Source of the DNA: an uncultured beta proteobacterium | GTDB lineage: Bacteria; Pseudomonadota; Gammaproteobacteria; Burkholderiales; Casimicrobiaceae | DNA: 64,000 bases | Reading direction: 5' to 3' | NCBI GenBank assembly: GCA_963695725.1 | Contig: CAVOHM010000006.1 | Span: 142,463-206,462 of the forward strand | Shown: positions 54,830 through 64,000 of the stretch, piece after piece | Position numbering within the stretch: the stretch's first letter is position 1 | Layout of the letters: the number at the start of each line of letters is the position of its first letter | Translations under genes and position numbers: made by a program | Notes under the pieces: generated by a model | The model's input: the letters and a program-made list of their open reading frames with translations, nothing else | What the model was told of the DNA's origin: nothing | The model's database searches: none

Positions 54830-57800
54830 ATGACGACACTCCAATGCCCGAACTGCGGCACCGGCAACCGGCCGGGCCGGCGCTTCTGCGCGCAATGTGG
54901 CGCCGGGCTGCCCGCTCCGTGCCAGGCTTGCGGATACGCGAACGAAGCCAGCGAAAAATTCTGCGGTGGGTGTGGAGCGTCGCTGTTGGCAGGGGACGTG
55001 AAGACCAGCAAGGCGCCGGCCACGCCGGTCCCGACCTTGGCCGCGAGCACCGCCGCGAGCACCGCCGCGGCCACGGCGCCATCTTCTGGCGGCAATGGCG
55101 GCAGCGACGGCGAGCGCCGGCCGGTCACCGTTCTTTTCGCGGATCTCGTCGATTACACGCGGATGTCGCGCGCTCTCGACCCGGAGGACGTGCACGCGAT
55201 GCTGGGGCGCTTCTACGAGGCGGCCGACGCGATCGTCGAGCGCTTCGGCGGCAGCATCGACAAGCACATCGGGGATTCGGTGATGGCCGTGTTCGGCGCA
55301 CCGGTCGCACACGATGACGACGCGATTCGTGCCGTCCGAGCCGCGGCCGAAATTCACCGTGCGATGCCGTCGATCGGAAGCAGAACGGGCGAGGCGCTGG
55401 CGGTGCACATCGGCATCGCATCCGGCGAGGTCGTGGCGAGCGGCCTCGGTGCCGCCCGCAACCGTGCGTATACGGTGATCGGCAACTCGGTCAATCTGGC
55501 GGCGCGCCTGTTGAAGCTCGCGAAAACAGGCGAAACCGTCCTCGACGATGTGTTGCACTCCGGCGTGCGGCGAGTCGCCCGCTGCGAGGCCATCGAAGGC
55601 GTCGAGGTGAAAGGGATCGACGCCACGCTCACCGCGTGGCGCTTCGTCGAGTTCATCGACGCGCCGGATCGGGAAGGCGGCCATCCGTTCGTCGGCCGGC
55701 ATGCCGAACTCGCACAACTCGCGGCATCGCTGGAAAGCTGTACGTCGGGCGGAACGGGCGGCACCGTGTTCGTGCGCGGGGACGCCGGAATCGGCAAGTC
55801 GCGTCTCGTCGATGAGCTGCGCCGGCGGGCGATCGCCGCGGGATTCGCCTGCCATACGGGACTCGTGCTCGACTTCGGGATGGCCAAGGGGCGCGATGCC
55901 ATCCGCGAGATCGTCGCCGGCCTCGCCGGCTTGCCTCCCGGATCGGATGCCGAAGCGCGCAGCGATACGTTGCAGCATCTCTTGCTGCGATATCCGTCGC
56001 TGGCCGACGTCGAGCTGTTCCTGCGCGACCTCATCGACTTGCCGCAGCCCGAGGGCGGTGGCGCGTTGTACGAGGCGATGGACAATGCGGCGCGCCAGCG
56101 GGGTCGGGCCGCCGCGGTGGTTCAGCTGCTCGGCGCGGCCTGCGAAAATTCCCCCGTGCTCCTGATGGTCGAGGACGTGCACTGGGCCGATCGTCTGACG
56201 CTCGATTACCTCGCCGCGCTGACGCGTGGCGCTGGATCGATGTCGGCGGTACTGGCGCTGACGTCCCGCGTTGCAGGCGATCCGCTGGATGCCGCCTGGC
56301 GTGGCTCGGTGCAGGGGAGTCCGCTGATCACGATCGATCTCGGCCCGCTCGGCCCGAAGGACGCGCTGGCGCTCGCCGGTGGATTCCTGTCGGCCCCGCA
56401 GGCATTCGCGCGCAAATGTGTCGAGCGCTCGGGCGGCAATCCGCTGTTTCTCGAGCAGTTGATGCGCGCGGCCGATGAGCGCGACGACCGGCTCCCCGCA
56501 TCGTTGCACAGTCTGGTGCTCGCGCGGATGGATCGATTGCCGGAACCCGATCGAGCGGCGTTGCGCGCCGCTGCCGTGATCGGCCAGCGTTTTCCACTTG
56601 CACTCGTCCGCCAGTTGGCGCAGTTGCCGGATTATTCGTGCGACGTCCTGGTCGCGCATTTTCTGGTGCGTCCGGAGGGCGACGAGTTCCTGTTTGCCCA
56701 CGCGTTGATCCGCGACGGCGTCTATGCGTCGCTGACGCGTGCGCGCCGGGCCGAGCTGCATCGCGCGGCCGCCGACTGGTACGGCGCGCGGGATCCGTCG
56801 TTGCGCGCCGAGCACCTTGATCGTGCCGAGGCACCCGAGGCGCCGCGCGCCTACCTCGATGCGGCGCTTGCCCAGAACGCAGCGCTGCATTCCGAGCGCG
56901 CGCTGGCCCTGGCCGAGCGTGGTGCGGCGCTGGCGAAGAATGCGGGAGACGTGGTTGCGCTCAATCTGCTGCGCGGCAGGCTGCGCTGCGAATCGGGAGA
57001 GGGCCGGCCGGCGATCGACGCCTTCGCGGTCGCCGAGGCGGCGGCGCAGAGTCCCGAGGATCGCTGCCGCGCGCTGCTCGGGATCGCGTCCGGGCAGCGC
57101 TTGATCGCCGGCCTGGAAGAGGCGCTGGTGGCGCTGGCCGACGCGGAGCCGCTCGCCCGCGAAAGCGGCCTCACGCGCGAACTCGCCGAGTTGCACTACA
57201 CGCGCGGCAACCTGCATTTTGCACGCGGCGACATCGCCGCATGCGGCGCCGAGCATTCCGCGGCGCTGGCGGCTGCGCGAACGCTCGACGATCCGGCATG
57301 GGAAGCACGGGCAACGAGCGGGCTGGCCGACGCGGCGTATGCCGAGGGGCGAATGCTCACGGCACTCGCGCGTTTTCAGCATTGCGTCGCCCTGTGCAAT
57401 GCGCATGGGCTTACCCGTGTCGTGATCCCGAACCGTGCGATGGTTGGGCATTGCCGAATCTACACCACGGAGTTTGACGCGGGCGCTGCCGACATGGAGG
57501 CGGCGTACTCGCTTGCGGTTCAGGTCGGCGACCGGCACGCCGAGATGTTTGCGCTGGAGTCGCATTCGCTTCTGCTGGCGTTTTGCGAACGCTTCGCCAT
57601 GGCGGGACCGCTGACCCAACGAGGTCTCGCGCTCGCCGAGGCGATCGGCGCGCGACGCTTCGAGTCGACGATCCTCCTGTCGATGGCAGAAATGGCGCTG
57701 GGGTTAGGGCACCTCGATGAAGCCCGCGAGCGGGTGGGCCGCGCGCTGGTTCTTGCGCGCGAAACCGGGATGCGCTTCTGCGGGCCGCTGCTCCTCGGAT

Positions 57801-58165
57801 TCACGGCCCGCCTGTGCGACGATGCACACGATCGCGAGCGATGCCGCGCCGAGGCCGAAGCCCTGCTCGCACAGGGATGTGTCGGCCACAACGCGATCGG
57901 CTACTACCGATATGGCATCGAAGATGCGCTTGCGCGTGGGGAATGGGCGCGTGGACTCGAACACGCTGCTGCGCTCGAAGCGTACACGCAGGCCGAGCCG
58001 TTGCCCTACAGCGAATTCCTGATCGCACGCGCGCGCGTGCTCATCGGGCTCGTGTCGCATCCGGACGATCGCGCCTTGCGCGAAGAACTCGCGCGGCTGC
58101 GCGCCGAAGCGGAGCGCGTCGAATGGCCGATCGGCTGGACAACCGCGGCGGGCGTTTCCCGATGA
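54830..58165 (+). CDS. Multidomain signalling protein: double zinc-ribbon + class-III adenylate/guanylate cyclase + AAA/STAND ATPase + TPR-like repeats
   Basis: ORF 54830..58165, 1111 aa. It has CPNCG..CAQCG..CQACG..CGGCG, a cyclase core (RRPVTVLFADLVDYT...KHIGDSVMAVFGAP...GNSVNLAARL) and a P-loop (VRGDAGIGKSRLV), followed by a long helical repeat region. Confidence 0.9.
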   Translation: MTTLQCPNCGTGNRPGRRFCAQCGAGLPAPCQACGYANEASEKFCGGCGASLLAGDVKTSKAPATPVPTLAASTAASTAAATAPSSGGNGGSDGERRPVTVLFADLVDYTRMSRALDPEDVHAMLGRFYEAADAIVERFGGSIDKHIGDSVMAVFGAPVAHDDDAIRAVRAAAEIHRAMPSIGSRTGEALAVHIGIASGEVVASGLGAARNRAYTVIGNSVNLAARLLKLAKTGETVLDDVLHSGVRRVARCEAIEGVEVKGIDATLTAWRFVEFIDAPDREGGHPFVGRHAELAQLAASLESCTSGGTGGTVFVRGDAGIGKSRLVDELRRRAIAAGFACHTGLVLDFGMAKGRDAIREIVAGLAGLPPGSDAEARSDTLQHLLLRYPSLADVELFLRDLIDLPQPEGGGALYEAMDNAARQRGRAAAVVQLLGAACENSPVLLMVEDVHWADRLTLDYLAALTRGAGSMSAVLALTSRVAGDPLDAAWRGSVQGSPLITIDLGPLGPKDALALAGGFLSAPQAFARKCVERSGGNPLFLEQLMRAADERDDRLPASLHSLVLARMDRLPEPDRAALRAAAVIGQRFPLALVRQLAQLPDYSCDVLVAHFLVRPEGDEFLFAHALIRDGVYASLTRARRAELHRAAADWYGARDPSLRAEHLDRAEAPEAPRAYLDAALAQNAALHSERALALAERGAALAKNAGDVVALNLLRGRLRCESGEGRPAIDAFAVAEAAAQSPEDRCRALLGIASGQRLIAGLEEALVALADAEPLARESGLTRELAELHYTRGNLHFARGDIAACGAEHSAALAAARTLDDPAWEARATSGLADAAYAEGRMLTALARFQHCVALCNAHGLTRVVIPNRAMVGHCRIYTTEFDAGAADMEAAYSLAVQVGDRHAEMFALESHSLLLAFCERFAMAGPLTQRGLALAEAIGARRFESTILLSMAEMALGLGHLDEARERVGRALVLARETGMRFCGPLLLGFTARLCDDAHDRERCRAEAEALLAQGCVGHNAIGYYRYGIEDALARGEWARGLEHAAALEAYTQAEPLPYSEFLIARARVLIGLVSHPDDRALREELARLRAEAERVEWPIGWTTAAGVSR
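55040..55063 (+). repeat. 12-bp tandem duplication GCCGCGAGCACC x2 (plus a partial third copy) inside the cyclase gene linker
   Basis: Read directly. It encodes AAST-AAST in the Ala/Ser/Thr-rich linker between the zinc ribbons and the cyclase domain. Confidence 0.8.
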
Positions 58166-58187
58166 GGCGTAGCGGCGCCCCGTAACC

Positions 58188-59669
58188 TCAGGGCGCGACC
58201 AGCCGCCATGGGTGGCCCAGTGTGGTCCATTGCGCGCGCTCCCGGCCGAGCATATGAGCACTCAACGGATGCGCAGCGAGCCAGCGCTGCGAGATGCCGA
58301 ACCGGATGCCGCCCGCAAGCTTGAGCCCTATGCGCGGCACGACGATCTGGGTGCGCGCGTGATGGATGATGACGGCGAGGCGCACGGCGAGCACGGCGGC
58401 ACGGATCTGCCTGTCGCCGAGCGCATGCGCGATCTTGGCGAGACCGCCACGGCAGGCGAAGACCAAGAGCGCGAGCCGGCTTTGTTCACCCGCGGAGAAT
58501 CCGGGCATGTCGGCATTTTGCAGGACATAGGCGCCATGCTTGTGGAAAGCGGTGTGCGAGATCGACATGCCGATCTCATGCAACAGGCCCGCCCATTCGA
58601 CCAGCTTCGCGAGCGCCGGATCGGAATCGGGAACCGCGCGCCGGAAGAGTGCGGCCGCATAACCGCCGACGCGAAGCGCCTGCGTGCGATCGATACCGTA
58701 GCGCGCGATGCAACGCTCGACCGTAACCGCGCGCGCGTCTTCGTCGGTGGTGCGTCCCAGAAGATCGTAGAGCACGCCCAGGCGCAGCGCCCCGCCGACG
58801 GGATCGATGCGTTGCGCCTTGAGTTGCGCGACGGCCGCCGCCATGATCGCGAATCCTCCGGCCAGCACGGGCGCCCGTTCGCCCTTGAGCGCGTTGAGCT
58901 TGAGGCGCGAGACGTGGCCGGCGTCGAGCATGCGCCGCCGCAGCCGGGCGAGCCCGCCGGGCGTGATTCCGCCGTCGGAAAACGCGTTCTGTTCGAGAAT
59001 GTCCGCCAGGGCGACCGCGCTGCCGGACGAGCCATAGGCTTCGCGCCAGGAACCGGGTCCGAACGCGCCCGCAATGCCTTCGATTTCCGCGCGGGCCACG
59101 GTTTCGGCCGCATCGAGTGCCGCCGCGGAAATCGTGCCGTCACGGAAAAAGCGCTGCGTCATCCCGACGCAGCCGATCTTGAGCGATTCGAGCCGCTCGG
59201 GCTCGAATCCGCGGCCGAGGATGAACTCGGTAGAGCCGCCGCCGATGTCGATGACGAGCCGGGGCTCCGTCGTGCGCGGCAACTCGTGCGCGACGCCGAA
59301 GAACGTGAGGCGCCCCTCTTCGTGTCCGCTGATGATATCGATCGGAAAGCCCAGCGTGCGTTCGGCAAGAGCGACGAATTCCTTCGCGTTGGTCGCGACG
59401 CGGAATGTGTTCGTGGCGACCACGCGCACCGCGGCAGGATGCAGGCCTGAGAGCCGCTCGCGGAATCGCGCGAGGCACGCGAGCGCCGCGTCCATCGCCG
59501 GGCGTTTGAGCCGGCCCCGGTCGTCGAGCCCGGCACCCAGCCGCAGCGTCTCGCGCCAGGTGTCGAGCTGGTAGATCTGGTCGCCCTCGACCCGGCCGAT
59601 TTCGAGCCGGAAACTGTTCGACCCGAGGTCGACGACGGCCAGCAGAGGGTCGGATTTTCTTTCGCGCAT
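58188..59669 (-). CDS. ppx: Exopolyphosphatase (Ppx/GppA family)
   Basis: ORF 58188..59669, 493 aa. It carries AVVDLGSNSFRL, DIGGGSTE and a C-terminal HD-like domain. Confidence 0.9.
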   Translation of the reverse strand: MRERKSDPLLAVVDLGSNSFRLEIGRVEGDQIYQLDTWRETLRLGAGLDDRGRLKRPAMDAALACLARFRERLSGLHPAAVRVVATNTFRVATNAKEFVALAERTLGFPIDIISGHEEGRLTFFGVAHELPRTTEPRLVIDIGGGSTEFILGRGFEPERLESLKIGCVGMTQRFFRDGTISAAALDAAETVARAEIEGIAGAFGPGSWREAYGSSGSAVALADILEQNAFSDGGITPGGLARLRRRMLDAGHVSRLKLNALKGERAPVLAGGFAIMAAAVAQLKAQRIDPVGGALRLGVLYDLLGRTTDEDARAVTVERCIARYGIDRTQALRVGGYAAALFRRAVPDSDPALAKLVEWAGLLHEIGMSISHTAFHKHGAYVLQNADMPGFSAGEQSRLALLVFACRGGLAKIAHALGDRQIRAAVLAVRLAVIIHHARTQIVVPRIGLKLAGGIRFGISQRWLAAHPLSAHMLGRERAQWTTLGHPWRLVAP

Positions 59670-59885
59670 GCGGCGGCGGATCGGAAGGTGATCGTCGCAC
59701 AGAGGTTAGCAGAAACTGCCGATGTACCCCACCGCGTGCGATATCGTTGCTGCGCGGTAAAATGAGCGCTGCCCGCGTTGCGTGCGGTTGCAGGTTGTGG
59801 TGCGCCTGATCGGGGCCGCGCGGGAGTCGTGCGGTGACTGGCGTCCTGGCATCGGCAACAGAGGCTACTGAACGGGAGCGATACG

Positions 59886-60338
59886 ATGGACCTGATCCTT
59901 TGGCGTCATGCCGAGGCCGAGCCCGGCCTTCCCGATCTCGATCGTCGCCTGACGGCCAAGGGCGTGCAGCAGGCCGCGCGCGTGGCGAAGTGGCTCGATC
60001 GGCAGCTGCCCGACTCGGCTCGCGTACTCTCGAGCCCGGCGGTTCGCGCAGAACAGACGGCACGTGCGCTGAAGCGCAAGATTCGCATCGTGCCCGACCT
60101 CGCGCCGGACGCGACGGCAGCGGCGATATTGGCCGCGGCGGGCTGGCCGGACGCGCCCGAGCCCGTGCTCGTCGTCGGCCACCAGCCGACGCTGGGCGAG
60201 GTCGCCGCATTTCTGCTGACCGGCGAGGAATCTCCGTGGAGCGTGCGCAAGGGCGCGGTGTGGTGGCTATCCCATCGTGTGCGTAACGGCGTCACTTCCA
60301 ACGTGCTCAAGGTCGTGATCGCCCCAGATTTCGTTTGA
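59886..60338 (+). CDS. sixA: Histidine-phosphatase-superfamily protein, SixA-like phosphohistidine phosphatase
   Basis: ORF 59886..60338, 150 aa. It carries the catalytic RHA motif (LILWRHAEA) and a downstream GHQP. Confidence 0.8.
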   Translation: MDLILWRHAEAEPGLPDLDRRLTAKGVQQAARVAKWLDRQLPDSARVLSSPAVRAEQTARALKRKIRIVPDLAPDATAAAILAAAGWPDAPEPVLVVGHQPTLGEVAAFLLTGEESPWSVRKGAVWWLSHRVRNGVTSNVLKVVIAPDFV

Positions 60339-60365
60339 CGCGATCCGCCGCTGGGGCTCATCGGA

Positions 60366-60383
60366 TTGTCATCGGTTTGTAAC
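60366..60383 (+). promoter_or_regulatory. Pho box candidate (two 7-bp direct repeats spaced 4 bp): TTGTCAT-CGGT-TTGTAAC
   Basis: Read directly, ~50 nt upstream of pstS. It resembles the enterobacterial consensus CTGTCAT-N4-CTGTCAY. Confidence 0.5.
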
Positions 60384-60431
60384 ACGCGACCATGACAATG
60401 GCCGTTCCTGTGACCGATGGGGAAAATCGAA

Positions 60432-61472
60432 ATGCGAAAGATATTGGCAAGGGCGTTGCTGTCCGTGGCAATGATCGCGGCCGGCCTTTCGACGGCCGGT
60501 GCTGCCGACGTCACCGGCGCCGGCGCGACGTTCCCGTATCCAATCTACGCCAAGTGGGCTGAGGCGTATAAGCAGAAGACCGGCGTCGGGATGAACTATC
60601 AGTCGATCGGTTCGGGCGGTGGCATCGCCCAGATCAAGGCGAAGACGGTCGATTTCGGGGCGTCGGACATGCCGCTCAAGCCGGACGACCTCGCGGCAGC
60701 GGGCCTGATCCAGTTTCCGGCCATCATCGGGGGTGTCGTTGCGGTCGTGAATATCGAAGGGGTCATGCCCGGGGCCATGAGGTTCACGGGGCCCGTGCTC
60801 GCCGACATCTACCTCGGCAAGATCAAGAAATGGAGCGACAAGCCGATCGCCGATCTCAATCCGGGCGTCAAATTGCGCGACGAGTTGATCACGGTCGTCC
60901 GTCGCTCCGACGGTTCGGGGACGACATTTATCTGGACCGATTATCTGTCTAAGGTCAGCCCCGAATGGAAGCAGAAGGTCGGCGCCAGCACCGCGGTGGC
61001 CTGGCCGCAAGGTGTCGGGGGCAAGGGTAACGAGGGCGTTGCCGCGTACGTGCAGCGGATCAAGGGCTCAATCGGCTACGTCGAGTATGCCTACGCCAAG
61101 CGCAACAAGATGTCGCACGCCGCCCTGCAGAACAAGGAAGGACAGTTCGTGCAACCCGACGACGACACCTTTCAGGCGGCCGCCGCGTTCGCTGACTGGA
61201 AGAATGCGCCGGGCTTCTATCAGATTCTGACGGATCAACGAGGCAGGACCAGTTGGCCGATTACCGCCGCGAGCTTCATTCTGATGCACCAGAAGCAGGA
61301 CAAGCCGCAGAACGCCATCGAGGTGTTGAAATTCTTCGACTGGGCATTGAAGAACGGCCAGACGATGGCCGCCGAGCTCGATTACGTGCCGATGCCCGAG
61401 AGCGTGGTCAAGATCATAGCCGACGCGTGGCAGGCGCAGCTTAGGGACAGCGCGGGCAAGGCGATCTGGTAG
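60432..61472 (+). CDS. pstS: Phosphate ABC transporter substrate-binding protein
   Basis: ORF 60417..61472, with Met 60432 preferred (GGGGA upstream). It has a signal peptide and carries GAGATFPYPIYAKW and SIGSGGGI. Confidence 0.95.
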   Translation: MRKILARALLSVAMIAAGLSTAGAADVTGAGATFPYPIYAKWAEAYKQKTGVGMNYQSIGSGGGIAQIKAKTVDFGASDMPLKPDDLAAAGLIQFPAIIGGVVAVVNIEGVMPGAMRFTGPVLADIYLGKIKKWSDKPIADLNPGVKLRDELITVVRRSDGSGTTFIWTDYLSKVSPEWKQKVGASTAVAWPQGVGGKGNEGVAAYVQRIKGSIGYVEYAYAKRNKMSHAALQNKEGQFVQPDDDTFQAAAAFADWKNAPGFYQILTDQRGRTSWPITAASFILMHQKQDKPQNAIEVLKFFDWALKNGQTMAAELDYVPMPESVVKIIADAWQAQLRDSAGKAIW

Positions 61473-61559
61473 CCATCGATGGGCCTTTTCCCGGCCGTTC
61501 TCGGTCGTCGGCGAGCGCCTCTTGCGACGGGTTATCATGCCGACTGCTACGGCCGCAAT

Positions 61560-62558
61560 ATGACCCTGACCGCAGAGAATATGCCGCTCGCCCGGCCGGA
61601 GCCCATACTGCCCGCCGTGCATCGCGGCGCCCCCCCATGGCAGGACTGGCTGTTCGAGCGGACCACGATGTTCTTCGCGCTGTTCGTGCTGGCCACTCTC
61701 GTCGGGATCATCGGCGTGCTTGCCTGGGCGGCCGCCCCGGCGTTCGAAAAATTCGGCCTTGGGTTCTTCTTCACCAACGTCTGGGATCCGGTGAAGATGA
61801 ACTTCGGCGCACTGGCGCCGATCTACGGAACGCTCGTCACGTCGGCGATCGCCATGCTGATCGGCGTGCCAGTAAGCTTCGGCATCGCGATCTTTCTCAC
61901 TGAAATGTGCCCGGTCGTCCTCAAGCGACCATTCGGCACCGCGGTTGAATTGCTGGCGGCGATCCCATCGATCATCTACGGGATGTGGGGGCTGTTCGTG
62001 TTTGCGCCGGTGTTCGGGGATAGCGTCCAGCCCGCGCTCACCACGGTTTTCGGTCAGCTTTGGATTCTCGGGCCGCTGTTTCAGGGCGCACCCAATGGCA
62101 TCGGCATGCTTTCGGCAGGCATCATCCTGTCCGTCATGGTGATTCCGTTCACGGCGTCGGTGATGCGCGACGTGTTCGAGATCGTGCCGCCGATGCTCAA
62201 GGAATCGGCGTACGGTGTCGGCGCGACGACATGGGAAGTGGTCTGGAACGTCGTGCTGCCCTACACCAGGGTGGGCGTCATCGGCGGCGTCATGCTCGGC
62301 CTTGGCCGCGCGCTGGGCGAGACGATGGCCGTGACATTCGTCATCGGCAACGCATACCGGATCAGCGCCTCGTTGTTCGAGCCTGGGAACTCCATTGCCT
62401 CTGCGCTGGCCAACGAGTTCAACGAGGCAGCCGAGCCCGTGCATCGAGCATCGCTGATCGCGCTGGGCCTCGTGCTTTTCCTGCTTACGTTTGTTGTGCT
62501 GGCTTGCTCCCGAATGCTGCTCGCGCGCCTTGCCAGAGGGGAGGGGAGGACGACGTGA
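61560..62558 (+). CDS. pstC: Phosphate ABC transporter permease PstC
   Basis: Internal ATG of ORF 61479..62558. It has 6 TM segments and an EAA loop ([20 protein letters not shown]). Confidence 0.9.
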   Translation: MTLTAENMPLARPEPILPAVHRGAPPWQDWLFERTTMFFALFVLATLVGIIGVLAWAAAPAFEKFGLGFFFTNVWDPVKMNFGALAPIYGTLVTSAIAMLIGVPVSFGIAIFLTEMCPVVLKRPFGTAVELLAAIPSIIYGMWGLFVFAPVFGDSVQPALTTVFGQLWILGPLFQGAPNGIGMLSAGIILSVMVIPFTASVMRDVFEIVPPMLKESAYGVGATTWEVVWNVVLPYTRVGVIGGVMLGLGRALGETMAVTFVIGNAYRISASLFEPGNSIASALANEFNEAAEPVHRASLIALGLVLFLLTFVVLACSRMLLARLARGEGRTT

Positions 62559-63397
62559 CCTCCGTCTACCGCAGACGGCTCCTCGTCAACCGGTTGAACC
62601 TGGCGATGTCGCTGGGCACGATGGCCTTCGGGATGAGCTTTTTGCTCTGGATCCTTTGGGTGCTTTTCGCCAAGGGATTCGCCGCATTGTCGCCGACGCT
62701 GTTTACCCAGATGACGCCACCGCCCGGATCAGCGGGCGGGCTCGCCAACGCCATCAGCGGCAGCGTCATGATCGTTTTCGCAGCGACGTTCATCAGCACG
62801 CCTATCGGAGTCCTCGCCGGGATCTATCTGGCGGAATACGGCAAAGACGGCCGGGTCGCGCGGGTCACGCGCTTCGTCAATGACATCCTGCTTTCCGCGC
62901 CGTCCATCGTGATCGGCCTTTTCGTCTACACCGTATACGTAATGCGAGTCGGCCACTTCTCCGGCTGGGCCGGATCGTTTGCGTTGGCGCTGATCGCGAT
63001 TCCGGTGGTGGTCCGGACGACGGAGAATATGCTGTCCCTCGTGCCGGCGAGTCTGCGCGAGGCGGCGGTGGCGCTCGGCGCGCCGATGTGGAAGGTGATC
63101 GTGTTGGTGACGCTCAAGGCGGTTCGTGGCGGCGTCATTACCGGGGTGCTCCTTGCGCTCGCGCGCATGTCGGGAGAAACTGCGCCGCTCTTGTTCACGG
63201 CGCTCAACAATCAGTTCTGGAGCGCGAACATGGATGCGCCGATGGCGAATCTTCCCGTGGTGATATTCCAGTTCGCGATGAGCCCGTTCGAAGACTGGAA
63301 GTCGCTGGCGTGGGCGGCGGCTCTGCTGATCACGGTCACGGTTCTCATCATTAACATCCTGGCGCGGACCGTGTTCCGCCAGTCCACCATTCGCTGA
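62555..63397 (+). CDS. pstA: Phosphate ABC transporter permease PstA
   Basis: GTG 62555 overlaps the pstC TGA (GTGA), in the frame of ORF 62060..63397. It has an EAA loop ([20 protein letters not shown]). Confidence 0.9.
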   Translation: MTSVYRRRLLVNRLNLAMSLGTMAFGMSFLLWILWVLFAKGFAALSPTLFTQMTPPPGSAGGLANAISGSVMIVFAATFISTPIGVLAGIYLAEYGKDGRVARVTRFVNDILLSAPSIVIGLFVYTVYVMRVGHFSGWAGSFALALIAIPVVVRTTENMLSLVPASLREAAVALGAPMWKVIVLVTLKAVRGGVITGVLLALARMSGETAPLLFTALNNQFWSANMDAPMANLPVVIFQFAMSPFEDWKSLAWAAALLITVTVLIINILARTVFRQSTIR

Positions 63398-63422
63398 CGA
63401 TGGCACCCCGGGAGAGCAAGCG

Positions 63423-64000
63423 ATGAATCTTGGTGTCGTCGCGACGTCATCGGAGGCCGAGGCACGCAGCCTCCAAGAGGCCTCGCCCAAGCTTTCCTGC
63501 CGCCATCTTGACTTCTTCTACGGAAAATTCCAGGCGCTCAAGAACATCGATCTCGACATTGCCGAACGTCGCGTCACCGCGTTCATCGGACCGTCAGGCT
63601 GCGGAAAATCGACGCTTTTGCGGACGATGAACCGGATGTACTCGCTGTACCCCGGGCAACGGGCGACCGGCAAGATCATGTTCAACGACCAGGATATCCT
63701 CGGTGCGGGCATTGATCTCAATATGCTTCGGGCCAAAGTCGGAATGGTGTTTCAGAAGCCGACGCCGTTCCCGATGTCGATCTACGACAACGTGGCCTTT
63801 GGTGTCAGCCTGTACGAGAATCTCTCGCATCGCGACATGGACGAACGCGTGGAGTGGGCCCTGACCAAGGCTGCCATGTGGGACGAGGCGAAGGACAAGC
63901 TGAAACAGAGCGGGATGGCCCTTTCCGGCGGGCAGCAGCAGCGATTGTGCATCGCGCGCGCGGTGGCGGTCAGGCCCGAGGTGCTGCTGCTTGACGAGCC
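63423..64000 (+). CDS. pstB: Phosphate ABC transporter ATP-binding protein PstB (N-terminal 192 codons; continues past the right edge)
   Basis: Not in the ORF track because there is no stop. GGAGAG SD followed by ATG 63423. It carries Walker A (GPSGCGKST), [29 protein letters not shown] and LLLDE. Confidence 0.95.
   Translation, partial: MNLGVVATSSEAEARSLQEASPKLSCRHLDFFYGKFQALKNIDLDIAERRVTAFIGPSGCGKSTLLRTMNRMYSLYPGQRATGKIMFNDQDILGAGIDLNMLRAKVGMVFQKPTPFPMSIYDNVAFGVSLYENLSHRDMDERVEWALTKAAMWDEAKDKLKQSGMALSGGQQQRLCIARAVAVRPEVLLLDE

Noticed and set aside
1-64000. A search by eye for tRNA, rRNA, CRISPR arrays, integron/attC sites, prophage or defence-system genes (restriction, toxin-antitoxin, Cas, retron, CBASS-like).
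   Set aside because: No regularly spaced direct repeats, no cloverleaf-like or rRNA-like segments, and no nuclease, integrase or phage-structural signatures were seen. The content is metabolic, transport and regulatory. A tRNAscan, Infernal or PADLOC run would be the formal check.

Overview
This is a 64-kb high-G+C window. Gene content (Bug/TTT transporters, many IclR regulators, sulfonate genes) suggests a Burkholderiales-type betaproteobacterial chromosome, but that is inference only. I call about 58 protein-coding genes or pseudogenes and saw no rRNA, tRNA or CRISPR.

Layout:
- (i) 1-4.8 kb: a taurine-type module with a partial tauA, an omega-aminotransferase, alanine dehydrogenase and a GMC oxidoreductase.
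- (ii) 5.1-6.8 kb: a scar of two decayed IS elements (IS256 and ISL3 families) that truncates a Tat-signal gene. A visibly lower-G+C insert follows, carrying a Crp/Fnr regulator, an SDR, a TRAP binding protein and a dctM remnant.
- (iii) 10.5-19.5 kb: an aldehyde dehydrogenase, a beta-hydroxyacid dehydrogenase, TRAP dctQM, two paralogous IclR regulators flanking a TauE/SafE sulfite exporter, and sulfoacetaldehyde acetyltransferase (xsc), which is interrupted by a +1 frameshift.
- (iv) 19.5-30.7 kb: miscellaneous genes (IMPase, orphan binding protein, methyltransferases, Yip1, cupin, acetyltransferase, DUF1326/DUF2182 pair, lipoprotein).
- (v) 30.7-38.2 kb: an arylsulfatase gene broken by nine +1 frameshifts, an intact Fe3+-type ABC transporter and an aldose epimerase.
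- (vi) 39.2-54.8 kb: a 15-gene co-directional cluster. It holds an acylating aldehyde DH plus an acyl-CoA ligase (SauS/SauT-like), TctCBA, an MLE-type enolase, B12-dependent glutamate mutase GlmS-GlmL-GlmE, and an SDH/FRD-like complex whose genes are interleaved with a class-I Fe-S hydro-lyase.
- (vii) 54.8-64 kb: a zinc-ribbon/cyclase/STAND/TPR protein, ppx, sixA and pstSCAB with a Pho box.

Most interesting observations:
- The glutamate-mutase cluster lacks a canonical methylaspartase and is wired to a respiratory-type dehydrogenase.
- Several sulfonate feeder modules appear to converge on a hub gene (xsc) that reads as broken.
- Every frameshift I could resolve in the window is a net +1 single-base insertion. 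This raises the question of sequencing artefact versus real decay.
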